Shown: in pieces, positions 29,147 through 40,200 of the stretch | Numbering within the stretch: position 1 is the first letter of the stretch | How the letters are laid out: each line of letters opens with the position of its first letter | Assembly: GCA_040217195.1 (NCBI GenBank) | Contig: JAVJNR010000008.1 | Location: 384,001-448,000 of the forward strand | Reading direction: 5' to 3' | DNA: 64,000 nucleotides | Source of the DNA: Leptospiraceae bacterium | GTDB taxonomy: Bacteria; Spirochaetota; Leptospiria; Leptospirales; Leptonemataceae | Notes under the pieces: generated by a model | What the model saw: the letters and a program-made list of their open reading frames with translations, nothing else | The model's database searches: none | Told to the model about the DNA's origin: nothing | Made by a program: the position numbers and the translations under genes

Positions 29147-30454
29147 ATGACTGAATCCTTTATTAAGAAATTCCTGGCGGAGCAGGGAGGCCATAGAATT
29201 GGTTTGCTTGCCAATCAGACCGCTTACAGCCTGCAGGACCGAGCCTATACCTTTCAATTACTGGCCCGTCATTGTGACAGCCTTCGCATTTTTCTACCAG
29301 AACATGGACTGTTTGCAGAATTGCAGGATCAGATAGGCCTGGAAGAAACCAGCGCCTATGCCGCATTTCTGGGATCGGAGGAAAATTCCCGGACGGAATT
29401 TCTTTCTCTCTACGGATTCAAAGAGAAAAGTCTTAAACCGCAATCCAGCCGGCTTTCGGACCTGGACTGGCTCATTGTGGATCTCCAGGATGTGGGAAGT
29501 AGATACTACACATTTCTGACCACCATGTTCTACTGCCTGCAGGTAATTCAGGAGTTGCGTGGAGATGGCTCGCATTTACGTTGCCTGGTTCTGGATCGGC
29601 CCAACCCATTGGGTCGGATTGTTGAAGGAAGCATACTGGATCAGGAATATGAAAGCTTTGTAGGTCTACCTGGAGTGATCCACCGGCATGGACTGAGTAC
29701 CGGTGAAATGGCACGGTTGTTCTGTAAATGGCTTGGTATGGATCCGGCAGCTGTATTGGTCCAAACCTGGGGTACAGCCATTTCGGATGGGCATCCGCCG
29801 GCTTCTAATCTAGAATCCCAGTATCTAGATGGGACCTCTGATGGCATTGATTCCAGAAATGAATTCCTGATCTATCCTTCGCCAAATATGCCCACGTTGA
29901 ACACAGCAATGGTGTATCCAGGACAATGTCTTCTGGAGGGCACCAACCTGAGCGAAGGTCGCGGATGCACTCGACCATTTGAAATCTTTGGCGCTCCTTT
30001 CCTGGGCCCTTTGGTGGAACAGGCCCCACTATTTGTTCCAGGGGCCACACTCAGACCTTTGCGATTCATGCCCACATTTCATAAACATGCAGACCTTATA
30101 TGCGAAGGGTTTCAATTGCATATTACCGGGCCTGAATTCGCACCACTTTTTGCCACTCTTAGAATTCTGCGCTGGATTCGATCCCATATTCAAGAATTCC
30201 AGTGGAAAACTGAGGTTTATGAATTTCGGTCCGATAGACCGGCCATAGAGCTTCTGGCCGGCGATCCCTGGATGCTGGAATATTTGAGAAATAGCCCGGC
30301 TCCGTCACAAAATGAGCTGGATAACCATGACGAGACTCTGCTACAGCATATGTCTGTGCAGGAAGCAAAATGGATGCAGCAGACGGCCTATCTATGGGCA
30401 GACCAGACGCCGCTACATTCTAGCTCGGCCAGGATTCTGCAGAAATTCATCTAG
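29147..30454 (+). CDS. DUF1343/NamZ exo-beta-N-acetylmuramidase family protein
   Basis: GLLANQT, PEHGL, DLQDVGSRYYTF, LDRPNP, RHGLSTGE, PSPNMP and EGTNLSEGRG motifs. Confidence 0.9.
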   Translation: MTESFIKKFLAEQGGHRIGLLANQTAYSLQDRAYTFQLLARHCDSLRIFLPEHGLFAELQDQIGLEETSAYAAFLGSEENSRTEFLSLYGFKEKSLKPQSSRLSDLDWLIVDLQDVGSRYYTFLTTMFYCLQVIQELRGDGSHLRCLVLDRPNPLGRIVEGSILDQEYESFVGLPGVIHRHGLSTGEMARLFCKWLGMDPAAVLVQTWGTAISDGHPPASNLESQYLDGTSDGIDSRNEFLIYPSPNMPTLNTAMVYPGQCLLEGTNLSEGRGCTRPFEIFGAPFLGPLVEQAPLFVPGATLRPLRFMPTFHKHADLICEGFQLHITGPEFAPLFATLRILRWIRSHIQEFQWKTEVYEFRSDRPAIELLAGDPWMLEYLRNSPAPSQNELDNHDETLLQHMSVQEAKWMQQTAYLWADQTPLHSSSARILQKFI

Positions 30455-30477
30455 AAGAGTCCGCCATATCGTTGAAT

Positions 30478-31548
30478 TTATTCGAATCCGGAACCAGACC
30501 AGCGAAACCAGAAGGAATCGTTGCAGAACCTCAGTTTACTCTGTAGTTCTGATTCTTCTGGAATGTCCTGGCAGAATTCCTTTCTTCGATTGATATGACT
30601 GCTCTGAAGTCTTTCTTCCTCTTCGCCCAGCTGCTCAAAGAAAGACTGCCTTTCCGAAAGGTATCTGGATCGGTGTGATTCCCATTCCGGGCTTTCTTTT
30701 AAGGATTTCCATTGTTCATGACTGATCCTTTTCTTTTCAAAGCTAAAGCTTCTGGCCGGCAACCCCTGCAAACGGAAGCTCAATTCGCAGTTAGAGTTGA
30801 TGGGCAAAGAATGAAAGGGCAAAAACAAAATCATATCCGAACCCGGGTCCAGTGTGATAGCTTTGCGCAGCTCCTGCAGGAAATCCAATTCTTGTTTTCG
30901 CAGGGATTCCTTCTCCATGGCCGAAAGAAGATATTCATCCCTGAGCTCAAAACTTCCTGGATCCTGGCGAAAGAAAAATGGACTCCTGGTTGGAATCATA
31001 TGCCATGCATAGGATAACCAGATGTGCGAAAGACCGGCATACTGTTCCAGATACAACTCAGGCTCTAAAGGCTCTCTGATTTTCCCATCGCATTCAATGA
31101 CTGTAGAGTAGGGGTTCACGCTAATCGTGGAGGAACTGCTATTTTTGACTCGAATCTCCAGTAGCATCAGATCAGGCATGCGACCGGCTTCGCCCTGGCC
31201 TCGACTGTTCCGATAAAGATTTCTGGCCATGGTGGCATCTACAATTGTAGCAAACAATTCAATGGAGGGCTGACCGGACTTCCCTTGCTCCGGGCTCCTG
31301 AGATAGAACCTTAAAGAAGAACCGCTACCATCCGAGATGATGGCCGGCAAATGGCTATGGTCCATCTCACTGCCACTCGTATGGTCTGCATCCAGCTTCC
31401 TGGGCTCTGGCAAATTTTCGGCTCCAGGAACCAGGCTGGTATTCGGCAATACATAGACGTAATGCAATTCTTCGAATACCTGGCAACCTCCCAGGCCGAA
31501 CATAAGAATTACAGCGAAGGCCAGAGCCAGCCGAATGATAGTTCGCAT
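30478..31548 (-). CDS. Hypothetical lipoprotein
   Basis: MRTIIRLALAFAVILMFGLGG-C signal with lipobox and a long ORF. Start placed at ATG 31548. Confidence 0.7.
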   Translation of the reverse strand: MRTIIRLALAFAVILMFGLGGCQVFEELHYVYVLPNTSLVPGAENLPEPRKLDADHTSGSEMDHSHLPAIISDGSGSSLRFYLRSPEQGKSGQPSIELFATIVDATMARNLYRNSRGQGEAGRMPDLMLLEIRVKNSSSSTISVNPYSTVIECDGKIREPLEPELYLEQYAGLSHIWLSYAWHMIPTRSPFFFRQDPGSFELRDEYLLSAMEKESLRKQELDFLQELRKAITLDPGSDMILFLPFHSLPINSNCELSFRLQGLPARSFSFEKKRISHEQWKSLKESPEWESHRSRYLSERQSFFEQLGEEEERLQSSHINRRKEFCQDIPEESELQSKLRFCNDSFWFRWSGSGFE

Positions 31549-31688
31549 TGCTTTTCCGGGCTTTTGGATTGGCGCTATCATAAGGTTCTTCCATCGTTCG
31601 TTGGCTGGAGGTTTCTGCGGCCGTCTGATACGCAAACGAATACCAGTCCTGCGGCAAGCGCGTTGGAAGGCCCAATCTGAATCAAGTT

Positions 31689-32363
31689 CTACTCATGGTC
31701 AATGCTCTTAAATCCTTTGATAAAAAGATACATTGCCAGGGTTACCTCTAGAATTGCTGTAGGAGCATTCATGACCATGTAAGCAGTAGAGACAATCTGG
31801 ATCATGTTTAGCATCAGTAATACGGTAGCCAGGACGGTCAAACCCGAGGCGATCAATCCCCATATGGAAAGCCAGACCGGAATGAGTTCGCTTTGTAGAA
31901 ACAGGTAGTATAGAAAAATTCCCCCAATACTCCAGGGAAGAATCATAGCCACATGGTTTAACCAGTCTCTACCGGCCCTCAATATCTGCCCCAGGGTTTC
32001 ATGGTAGGCATGATTCTCTACAGAAGCATTGACATAGCTTTCACTAACAAGTAGCAATAGTAGTAAGGAGGCAATCCCGGCAAACAGAAAGGCAGAACCC
32101 ACCAGTCGAAATCCTGTATGGATGACAGCAAGTACCGGCTGTCTCTCTCGAAATACAGGGTACAACACAGTTGCAATCAGAACATAGACTACAGCCATCG
32201 TAGCCTGAAAAAACACTGCGATGTAGACCTGAACGGAAATGCCTACCAGAGTGCTGAGATAGTCTGGCTGCTCCAGAGCAAGCACGGAGGAGAATACCCC
32301 GCAGACAATTCCCAGAATTAGTAAAACGCCAAATACAATACTAAGTTTTCTCAATGATTTCAA
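31689..32363 (-). CDS. DUF4386-like multi-pass membrane protein
   Basis: Six or seven TM segments, LYPVFR, LIPVWLSIWG and EVTLAMYLFIKGF. TTG start with GAGGAG/GGAG upstream. Confidence 0.8.
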   Translation of the reverse strand: MKSLRKLSIVFGVLLILGIVCGVFSSVLALEQPDYLSTLVGISVQVYIAVFFQATMAVVYVLIATVLYPVFRERQPVLAVIHTGFRLVGSAFLFAGIASLLLLLLVSESYVNASVENHAYHETLGQILRAGRDWLNHVAMILPWSIGGIFLYYLFLQSELIPVWLSIWGLIASGLTVLATVLLMLNMIQIVSTAYMVMNAPTAILEVTLAMYLFIKGFKSIDHE

Positions 32364-32674
32364 TCTCCAGACTCCTCAAATTCCTGAACTGAGAAACCAT
32401 GTTTCCGGGTACCTTCTTTGAATCCACTCAATAATGCATCGTTAGCTTTTGCCAGAGATAAATTAGGATAGGTGCGCAACGGTAACCCGAACAACTGAAG
32501 GCCTTGAAGTATCGGAGTTTGCAAAGTCGAAGGATCAATCAGTGGATTCAATCTCTTTTCTCGAGGAGCGTAACCTATAGCATGGACGTAAGCACAATTG
32601 ATATATTAAGTAGATCCAATAGGTTCAATGAAATAGAAAGAGCAGGGAGCTTGGCCAGATTGTTGAAGCAGGGA

Positions 32675-34480
32675 TTATTGTTCTGTTTTTAGTAGAGCCA
32701 GAAAAGCATCCTGCGGGATTTCCACAGAGCCAATCTGCTTCATTCGCTTCTTTCCCTCTTTTTGCTTTTCCAGAAGCTTTCGCTTTCGCGAAATGTCACC
32801 ACCGTAGCACTTGGCAGTTACATTCTTCTTGAGTGCAGAAATATTCTCTCGTGCAATGACCTTTGCTCCGATGGCAGCCTGCAATGGAATCTGAAATTGA
32901 TGCCTGGGAATCAATGCCTTTAATCGCTCCACGAATTGTCTGCCTCGAGCATCCGCCACACTTCTATGAACGATCATAGCAAGAGCATCCACAGGTTCAC
33001 CGTTTACCAGAATATCCACCTTGACCAGATCGGACTCCCGATAATCCGCCAGCTCATAATCTAAAGAAGCATAGCCCCGGGAAATAGATTTCAGACGGTC
33101 ATAGAATTCATAGATCACTTCTGCCAGAGGGATGTCATAGAGCAACTGCACCTTACCATCTTCCAGATAGAGAATGTTATTTTGAATTCCTCGTTTTTCC
33201 TGAAGCAGACCAATGAGATTGCCCATATAATCCTGAGGTGTGAGGATGGTGGCCTTTACATAGGGCTCCTCTTTTTTATCATACTTTGTAGGATCCGGCC
33301 AGTTACTCGGATTATCAATGTAGATTATTTTGCCTTTCGTATCCGTGATACGGTTCTTAACACTCGGTGCAGTATTGATTAGATCCAGCCCAAACTCTCT
33401 TTCCAGTCTCTCCTGCACGATTTCCATGTGAAGCAATCCAAGATAACCTACACGAAAACCAAAGCCCAGAGCCATGGAATTTTCCTGTTCGAAGATCAAA
33501 GCAGCATCGTTTAGTTTGAGTTTATGAAGCGCATCCTTCAATTGTTCAAAGTCATCTCCCATTACCGGGAACAGACCTGAAAATACCATGGGTTTTGCTT
33601 CCTGGTAACCTGGAAGCGCTTGCGTGGCTTTTCGGGATGCCATGGTAACTGTATCGCCTACACGAGTGTCCTCAACAGATTTGATTCCGGCGATAACGTA
33701 ACCCACTTCACCGGCCTGAAGCGTATCTCTCTTTACCGGAACAATTGTATTGATGCCCAGGTCCGTAACCATGAATTCTTTATCAGTGCCCATGATATAG
33801 ATCCGATCACCCTTCCTCATCTTTCCATCGAATACACGGACCTTCATCACCGCCCCGTTGTAGGAGTCGTATATGGAATCATGGATCAGGGCTCTTAGTG
33901 GTGCATCCAGATCCGCAACAGGAGCCGGGATGTATTTTACAATGGCTTCCAGAACATTCTGCACATTTTCGCCGGTCTTGGCGGACACTGGAATGGCCCG
34001 TTCCCGGTCCAGGCCCAGACTTTTTTCTATGAGTTCAAGACATCGATCCACATTGGCCGCTGGTAGATCTATTTTATTGATCACGGGAATGATTTCCAGA
34101 TCATGCTCCATGGCCAGATAAAGATTGGCCAGGGTTTGAGCCTCCACGCCCTGCGTGGCATCAACAACCAGAAGCACTCCTTCGCAGGCAGCAAGTGAAC
34201 GGGAAACCTCGTAGGAAAAGTCCACGTGGCCTGGAGTATCAATTAAGTTCAATGTGTAGGTGTTTCCGTCCAGGGCAATGAAATCAAAGGTGGCCGAATT
34301 GGACTTAATGGTAATCCCGCGCTCCCTTTCAATATCCATGGAGTCCAGGATTTGTTCTTTCCTGGTTCGGTCATTGGTTATATGACCAAGTTCAAGAAGG
34401 CGATCGGCCAGGGTGGATTTTCCATGATCAATATGAGCGATGATGGAGAAGTTCCGAATGTAGCGCGCGTCCACAGCCAT
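32675..34480 (-). CDS. lepA: Elongation factor 4
   Basis: [35 protein letters not shown] and [30 protein letters not shown]. Start placed at ATG 34480. Confidence 0.98.
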   Translation of the reverse strand: MAVDARYIRNFSIIAHIDHGKSTLADRLLELGHITNDRTRKEQILDSMDIERERGITIKSNSATFDFIALDGNTYTLNLIDTPGHVDFSYEVSRSLAACEGVLLVVDATQGVEAQTLANLYLAMEHDLEIIPVINKIDLPAANVDRCLELIEKSLGLDRERAIPVSAKTGENVQNVLEAIVKYIPAPVADLDAPLRALIHDSIYDSYNGAVMKVRVFDGKMRKGDRIYIMGTDKEFMVTDLGINTIVPVKRDTLQAGEVGYVIAGIKSVEDTRVGDTVTMASRKATQALPGYQEAKPMVFSGLFPVMGDDFEQLKDALHKLKLNDAALIFEQENSMALGFGFRVGYLGLLHMEIVQERLEREFGLDLINTAPSVKNRITDTKGKIIYIDNPSNWPDPTKYDKKEEPYVKATILTPQDYMGNLIGLLQEKRGIQNNILYLEDGKVQLLYDIPLAEVIYEFYDRLKSISRGYASLDYELADYRESDLVKVDILVNGEPVDALAMIVHRSVADARGRQFVERLKALIPRHQFQIPLQAAIGAKVIARENISALKKNVTAKCYGGDISRKRKLLEKQKEGKKRMKQIGSVEIPQDAFLALLKTEQ

Positions 34481-34925
34481 TGCTGGCCAGAATCCGTGGA
34501 GGCCCGGAAAAAGCAAATTCTTGTTATGTGAGAAACCCGGCAATCCATGACTACTGGCCGGGGAAACTCTTTAGACTTATCTGTATGCCAGCCCAAAAAG
34601 CAGAATTCATAAACCTCCGGGCCCCCATTCTCAATAACGAGCCCATGAATGTTTACTGAGCGATTTCGACATTCTAACTCAACACTGAGCTGCCTCTTAA
34701 ATAGTTCTGGTTCGTTGCGTTTTTTTTGCTGCATAAAGCAATCGATTCTACTTTTTAGTCGTCGAATACTGGTAATTCAAGACTTACTGAATCAGCCGCT
34801 GGACCGAGTGCAATGGTCCGCCTGTAAACTGGTGCTGCCAATCCCGGTGGGCTGCATCGGACCTAAATAAAGAAATCGGGGATCCCTGAAAGGTTCCATT
34901 GGCTTAAGAAGGCAAGAGAACCGGA

Positions 34926-37532
34926 ATGAACATTTCAAAGTCGCCCCCTTTGATCCTGGTCGCCTATGCGGCCAGGAATACAACTGCCCTGCAGACTTTC
35001 TTGACAGGCATCCCCCGGGATCTCCAGGCAGGAATCGTATTGATTGCCGACGGAGAGAATTCTGTACCGCCCGGCCAGGAGTCCATCCAGCAGATTTCCG
35101 GAACCAGAACCTTCCAGGCTATTACCAATGGAGAGAAGATCAATCCGAATAGGATCTATACAACTCCGTCCAGAGAGACTTTCTCCATAGAAAACGATCG
35201 ATTCGCAGTCCGAAACTTTGATCAGCCAGGCGGAAACTACATCCTGGGCACTTACTTTCATAGCTTCGATCGGAACCTTGCCGTCGTTTTGTTACCTGAT
35301 CTTTCACACCCGATTGATCCAATCATTCGCGAACTCAAAGAAATGGGAATCGTTACTATTTCAGACCGATTTAGCCTGGGCGACAAAGACAATCCAGGCA
35401 TCAGCGCAGCAGATTATATTCTACCTCCAGAAATCATGGGATCGGCATTGCTTGGCTGGGCTCGAACCAGAGAAGACTTTACAAACGTAGACAGCACTGA
35501 TGCCTCGGATCATTCTTCGCAGCAGGACTCCTATCACAGAGATCTGGAACGATTAATTCAGGAACGATCATACGACCTGGAACGCTCCCGGCAATTGCTG
35601 GAGCAAACCGGACAGGTAGCACGTGTAGGCGGATGGGAACTGGATGTGCTTTCCGGCGAAATCGTCTGGACCCATGCAACGCATACAATCTTTGAAACCC
35701 AGGATTCCTTTGTACCTGACCTGCATTCGCAGCTGCAGTTCTTTCTTCCCGATGATCATGCAAGACTGGAACAATTGGTCACCGTAGCCACAGATCATGG
35801 CCAGCCATTCGATATTGAACTTAGAATGCGAACTGCTGCTTATTCGGATAAATGGGTGGTGGTATCCGGCCGGCCGGTAATGGAGGGTGATAAATGTGTT
35901 CGAATCTTTGGTTCCGTCCAGGATATAACCGAGAGAAAGGAATTCGAAGACAGACTGAAACGAACCACAAATATGCTACTTAGAGCAGAGCACATTGCCA
36001 GCCTGGGTAGCTGGGAATGGGAAGTGGAATCCGACCTGATTACCTGGTCTGATGAGCTATTCAATTTATTTGGAATCCTGCCAGAAGAGGGACCTCCTAC
36101 TTTTAAGGAACAACAGTCGCTTTATACTGCTGAGAGCTACCATCGACTGAGCGAAGCAATTGAAAGATGCATTCAAAGAAAGATTCCCTATTATATTGAG
36201 CTAGAGGCCATTCGGCGGGACGGAAAACATATTTTTGGAATTGCAACCGGTCTTCCCATTAAAGATTTCTCGGGTCAGGTAATCAGGATCTATGGATCCT
36301 TTCAGGACATCACCGCTCGGGCTCTAGCCCAACAGGAAGCCTTCCAGGCCCGCGAAGAAGCAGAAAAAGCAAACCGTGCAAAAACCCTTTTCCTGGGGAA
36401 CCTGAGCCATGAGCTTCGCACACCCATGAATGCAATTATCGGGATGACGGAACTGGCTCTGGAAGAAGAGCTGGGCTCCAATGTACGTTCCTATCTGGAG
36501 ACAGTGCGAGATGCATCCGGTCATTTAATGAACATCATCTCAGATTTGCTGGATTCCGCTGTAATAGAAAAAGGGGAGCTTGAACTCTCCGAAGAAGAAT
36601 TTTCCATTCGCGATACTGCATTAAGAACTACATCCCTGGTCGAACGGGAGATCCAGCAAAAGGGTCTTGGCTATAAAATGTCCATAGATGATCAAATTCC
36701 TGACTCAGTACTGGGAGACTCCAATCGATTCGCTCAAGTAATGCTCGGTCTTCTGGGAAATGCGGCCCGATACACAATCGAAGGCCAAATCAGTCTGTCG
36801 CTGAAACGAATCACTGATAGTGACGGGAATGGAAAATGCCAGGTGGAGCTTACAGTCAGCGATACAGGACCCGGAATATCGGAAGAGAACCTGGATCTAA
36901 TATTCGAAAAATTTTCGCAAGTGCAAATTGGTGAGAATCGGCTGATCAAGCATTCCAGCGGGACCGGACTGGGACTGTACATCACCAAAAATATAGTCAA
37001 TGCCATGGGAGGTGCAATTTCAGTATCCAGCACCCCCGGAAAAGGAAGCACTTTCAAAGCAAACATTCCATTTCGGTTATCACCGCAGAACCGTAGAGAC
37101 CGACCGTCCAGACAACGGGGAAAGAATTCGCCTCTAAACATCTTGATGGTAGAGGACAACAGTATCAATGCACTTGTCCAACGTACCGTACTGGAGCAGG
37201 AAGGCCATGCAGTGCATACCGTGTCCAATGGCTATGCAGCGCTGGACAGCTTGAATGAACGCAAATACGACCTGGTATTGATGGACCTTGAAATGCCAGG
37301 AATCGATGGATTCGAAACCACAAGAGCCATTCGCTCCGGCCAGGCGGGAAATAGCAACGAACGTTTGCCGATCATTGCTATTACAGCCCACGTTTTGTCT
37401 GAAGTAGAAGATCATTGTAAGGCCTGCGGTATGAATGGATTCATTACCAAACCAATCGATGTAGCTACTCTGGAACAGAGCATTCATGACTTAATCCAAT
37501 CCACAGAATCAAAAAATGGCGCTGGAGGATAA
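34926..37532 (+). CDS. Cytoplasmic hybrid histidine kinase (CheB-like - PAS - PAS - HisKA - HATPase - REC)
   Basis: Two GxWE/QDIT PAS repeats, H-box SHELRTP, DTGPGI, GTGLGL, and REC domain VEDN..LMDLEMP..KP. No TM segment. Confidence 0.92.
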   Translation: MNISKSPPLILVAYAARNTTALQTFLTGIPRDLQAGIVLIADGENSVPPGQESIQQISGTRTFQAITNGEKINPNRIYTTPSRETFSIENDRFAVRNFDQPGGNYILGTYFHSFDRNLAVVLLPDLSHPIDPIIRELKEMGIVTISDRFSLGDKDNPGISAADYILPPEIMGSALLGWARTREDFTNVDSTDASDHSSQQDSYHRDLERLIQERSYDLERSRQLLEQTGQVARVGGWELDVLSGEIVWTHATHTIFETQDSFVPDLHSQLQFFLPDDHARLEQLVTVATDHGQPFDIELRMRTAAYSDKWVVVSGRPVMEGDKCVRIFGSVQDITERKEFEDRLKRTTNMLLRAEHIASLGSWEWEVESDLITWSDELFNLFGILPEEGPPTFKEQQSLYTAESYHRLSEAIERCIQRKIPYYIELEAIRRDGKHIFGIATGLPIKDFSGQVIRIYGSFQDITARALAQQEAFQAREEAEKANRAKTLFLGNLSHELRTPMNAIIGMTELALEEELGSNVRSYLETVRDASGHLMNIISDLLDSAVIEKGELELSEEEFSIRDTALRTTSLVEREIQQKGLGYKMSIDDQIPDSVLGDSNRFAQVMLGLLGNAARYTIEGQISLSLKRITDSDGNGKCQVELTVSDTGPGISEENLDLIFEKFSQVQIGENRLIKHSSGTGLGLYITKNIVNAMGGAISVSSTPGKGSTFKANIPFRLSPQNRRDRPSRQRGKNSPLNILMVEDNSINALVQRTVLEQEGHAVHTVSNGYAALDSLNERKYDLVLMDLEMPGIDGFETTRAIRSGQAGNSNERLPIIAITAHVLSEVEDHCKACGMNGFITKPIDVATLEQSIHDLIQSTESKNGAGG

Positions 37533-37706
37533 TCCCTGGTCGGCAAGATTTGCATCCAGGCCGGCTTAGTAATCTAATCGCCAACCGTATCTCGCAGCCT
37601 TCAATATGCATTATTCGCAATACGAAAGTGCTTTCATTTTTGGCTCGTCGCAAGAATCGATTTACTATTTATTGCAGTAAACTCAATCGAAAAGGATTCT
37701 TTAACT

Positions 37707-38324
37707 ATGCATAAGAGCTTGATTTTAATTCTCACTGGAACACTGATTTTCTCCTGCGCAGAGGCACCAGATGCTGAAATGGCAACAACCGGAGAGGCGA
37801 CGACCGAATCCGAAGCCACCGGAGAAAAAAGAAGTATAAATATTGAGCAAAGCAAGGTTTCGTGGATAGGAACTAAGATCACAGGCCAGCACAATGGCAC
37901 CATAAGAATAAAGAGCGGTCATATCTTCGTCGATGGCGAGGAAATAACAGGCGGCGAATTCGTAATGGATATGAGCACTATCACAGTGCTTGATCTTACT
38001 GGCGAAAAGAAACAGAAGCTGGAAAAGCATTTACGGACTACGGATTTTTTTGAGGTTCAGAAATATCCGGAGAGCAAATTTTCCATTACTTCTGTTGAAA
38101 AGCAGGGAGATTCATTACAGGTAACCGGAAACCTTACCATGCGTGATACCACTCATTCCATTCAGTTTAAGGCCAGCGTTGAGAAGGATGAATCTGGCAA
38201 TCCCAATCGCGTAACTGCAGATTTTAACATAGATCGACAGAAATGGGGCGTTGTATACAAAGGCAAACCGGACGATGCAATACGCGACGAAGTTAACCTG
38301 AAACCAGAAATCTTACTTCAATAA
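37707..38324 (+). CDS. YceI family lipoprotein
   Basis: Lipobox LIFS-C, SKVSWIGTK..HNG, HLRTTDFFEVQKYP, GNLTMR and IDRQKWG. Confidence 0.92.
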   Translation: MHKSLILILTGTLIFSCAEAPDAEMATTGEATTESEATGEKRSINIEQSKVSWIGTKITGQHNGTIRIKSGHIFVDGEEITGGEFVMDMSTITVLDLTGEKKQKLEKHLRTTDFFEVQKYPESKFSITSVEKQGDSLQVTGNLTMRDTTHSIQFKASVEKDESGNPNRVTADFNIDRQKWGVVYKGKPDDAIRDEVNLKPEILLQ

Positions 38325-38354
38325 CCAGCAGCACAGCTCTGGAAATAAGGACAG

Positions 38355-38394
38355 GCCAGTGGTGCGAAATCTTCTGTTCGCATCACTGGGCTTT
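38355..38394 (+). terminator. Probable hairpin/terminator after the YceI gene
   Basis: CCAGTGGTGCGAA / TTCGCATCACTGG stem with one G-U pair, followed by a short T run. Confidence 0.5.
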
Positions 38395-38580
38395 ATCACC
38401 TGTTACAATCTAATGTCCTAAACACTCGACCGGCGATGTTTAGCATTCCTGGCAATTAAATACTGACAACATGTTACATCAGTCCCACGGTAACTTCAAG
38501 CAGGCACCCTAAATTCATGAAACTGTGCTGAAATAATAAAATCAGCTTTTCTGTACAGAGGCGGATTACGAATTGGAGAC

Positions 38581-38937
38581 ATGTGGGCCGAGGTAGAAAA
38601 GAAGGAGCAGGGCAATTGTGTCCTACTGCGCTTTCGCGGCCACTGGGAACTGGAAAGGCATTATGAGCTCAGGAGTTTGTTTCTGGAACTGCTGGATCTG
38701 GATCAGCCCAGGATAATCATGAACCTCAGCGAAGTTGACCATTTTAGTTCCAGCATCATGGGTGCCATCATCGGCTTCCAGCAGGATCTCACTCGAATCG
38801 GCGGCCGGATGATTCTCGTGGACCCATCAGAAACCGTTCAACTCACCATCCGATTACTCCGTCTTGAGAATTTCTTTGCCATTGGAGATTCAGAGTTGGC
38901 CGCTTCGGAAAAACTGGGATGCACCAGCGCTCCATAG
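38581..38937 (+). CDS. STAS domain anti-sigma-factor antagonist
   Basis: IIMNLSEVDHFSSSIMG phospho-Ser loop, typical size, GGAG SD. Confidence 0.88.
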   Translation: MWAEVEKKEQGNCVLLRFRGHWELERHYELRSLFLELLDLDQPRIIMNLSEVDHFSSSIMGAIIGFQQDLTRIGGRMILVDPSETVQLTIRLLRLENFFAIGDSELAASEKLGCTSAP

Positions 38938-39789
38938 CCATATAGAAGATTTAAGATCTTCGAATTCACCGGTCCGCTACTGTGGGCTATTTCAAGCGCT
39001 TGAATCCGGGCCAATTGAGCATGCAAGTTGAGCAGCCCTTTTGGCACTGGGCCCGCCACCGATAGATACTGTGTTTTATGATCCAGAGACTGGGAGTTTC
39101 TACTTCCGAATTTTCAGAAATTCGGGGTCTGACAGAGATCGCGACTTTTAATCAACAGGACAATTACCGTCCCGGAACCAGAATCACTCTCAGCCAGACT
39201 CTTCGGATCCTCAATTTCATGGGACTGTCAGGCCAATTTTTGTATGAAACTCGCAAATCAATGAATTTGAATCAAGAAAACTGTAGCCCCCGTGCGGACT
39301 ATGTAGTGTGGACGATGTGGTGTTTTGATTCATTCAGCCCGGACTGGCGTGTAAACCATCAGAGTGTTTATAGCCACCGAATGCAAGGAAATGAGACATA
39401 ATCCACATTATCGGAAGCTATCTGGATTTACTGCCAGTGGCTGGAATTGCCGTTCCGGGAAATGCAGAAATGCAGGATACATAGATAGAAATAGCTATGG
39501 GATAATCAATGGCTTTGCGGGTTTGTCCGGCAGACCGAAATCCAGAATCAGAAGATTGAGCGGTCTTACTTGTCCCGGTACTGCGTTGAAAGCGCCAAAA
39601 TGGAGCAATCCCTGAATGTGAATTCCTTCCACCCAGACGACGATTCCGCCCGGGAGGCATATGGGCAAAATCCTCAAAAAAAATGCGCTCCCGGTCACAA
39701 TCCATCCTGGAGCTCAGTCTAACTAACAAAGACTCAAACGATTCAATGTAAGTTCTCGCTGCATTGAATCTGAGATTTCAGGAGCAAAA

Positions 39790-40170
39790 ATGAAACTACT
39801 ATCTAAAATCCTCATCGCGCTGGTTGCGCTGGAGCATATCCTATTTCTGGTGCTGGAGATGTTTCTCTGGGAGCATCCGGACTATGGACTGAAGATATTC
39901 AATCTGCCCCCGGAAGCCGCAGCTTCCTCAGCGACGCTGGCCGTAAATCAGGGATTGTACAATGGATTTCTGGCAGCCGGACTGATCTGGTCCGCATTTC
40001 TCATAGCCGAGAAACGTCAGGCCTTTACAAATACAATATTCTTTCTGGTATGCGTTATTATCGCAGGCATAGTGGGCGGTTTCACAGCCAAGCTCACCAT
40101 ACTGTATACTCAGGGTCTGCCAGCACTTCTAGCACTGATTGCAACAGTACTTGCCAATCGTAGCTCTTGA
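39790..40170 (+). CDS. DUF1304 membrane protein
   Basis: VALEH..LEMFLW and NQGLYNGFLAAGL signatures, GGAG SD. Confidence 0.92.
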   Translation: MKLLSKILIALVALEHILFLVLEMFLWEHPDYGLKIFNLPPEAAASSATLAVNQGLYNGFLAAGLIWSAFLIAEKRQAFTNTIFFLVCVIIAGIVGGFTAKLTILYTQGLPALLALIATVLANRSS

Positions 40171-40200
40171 GATCCCTATTGCCTGGTAAGGGACTCAATC

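Noticed and set aside
32360..32551. 63-aa ORF upstream of the DUF4386-like gene
   Set aside because: No recognisable motif, so it cannot be supported as a gene.
39300..39410. oriC-like region with DnaA-box-like words
   Set aside because: Only one near match (TAATCCACA), with no box cluster, AT-rich unwinding element or dnaA/dnaN.
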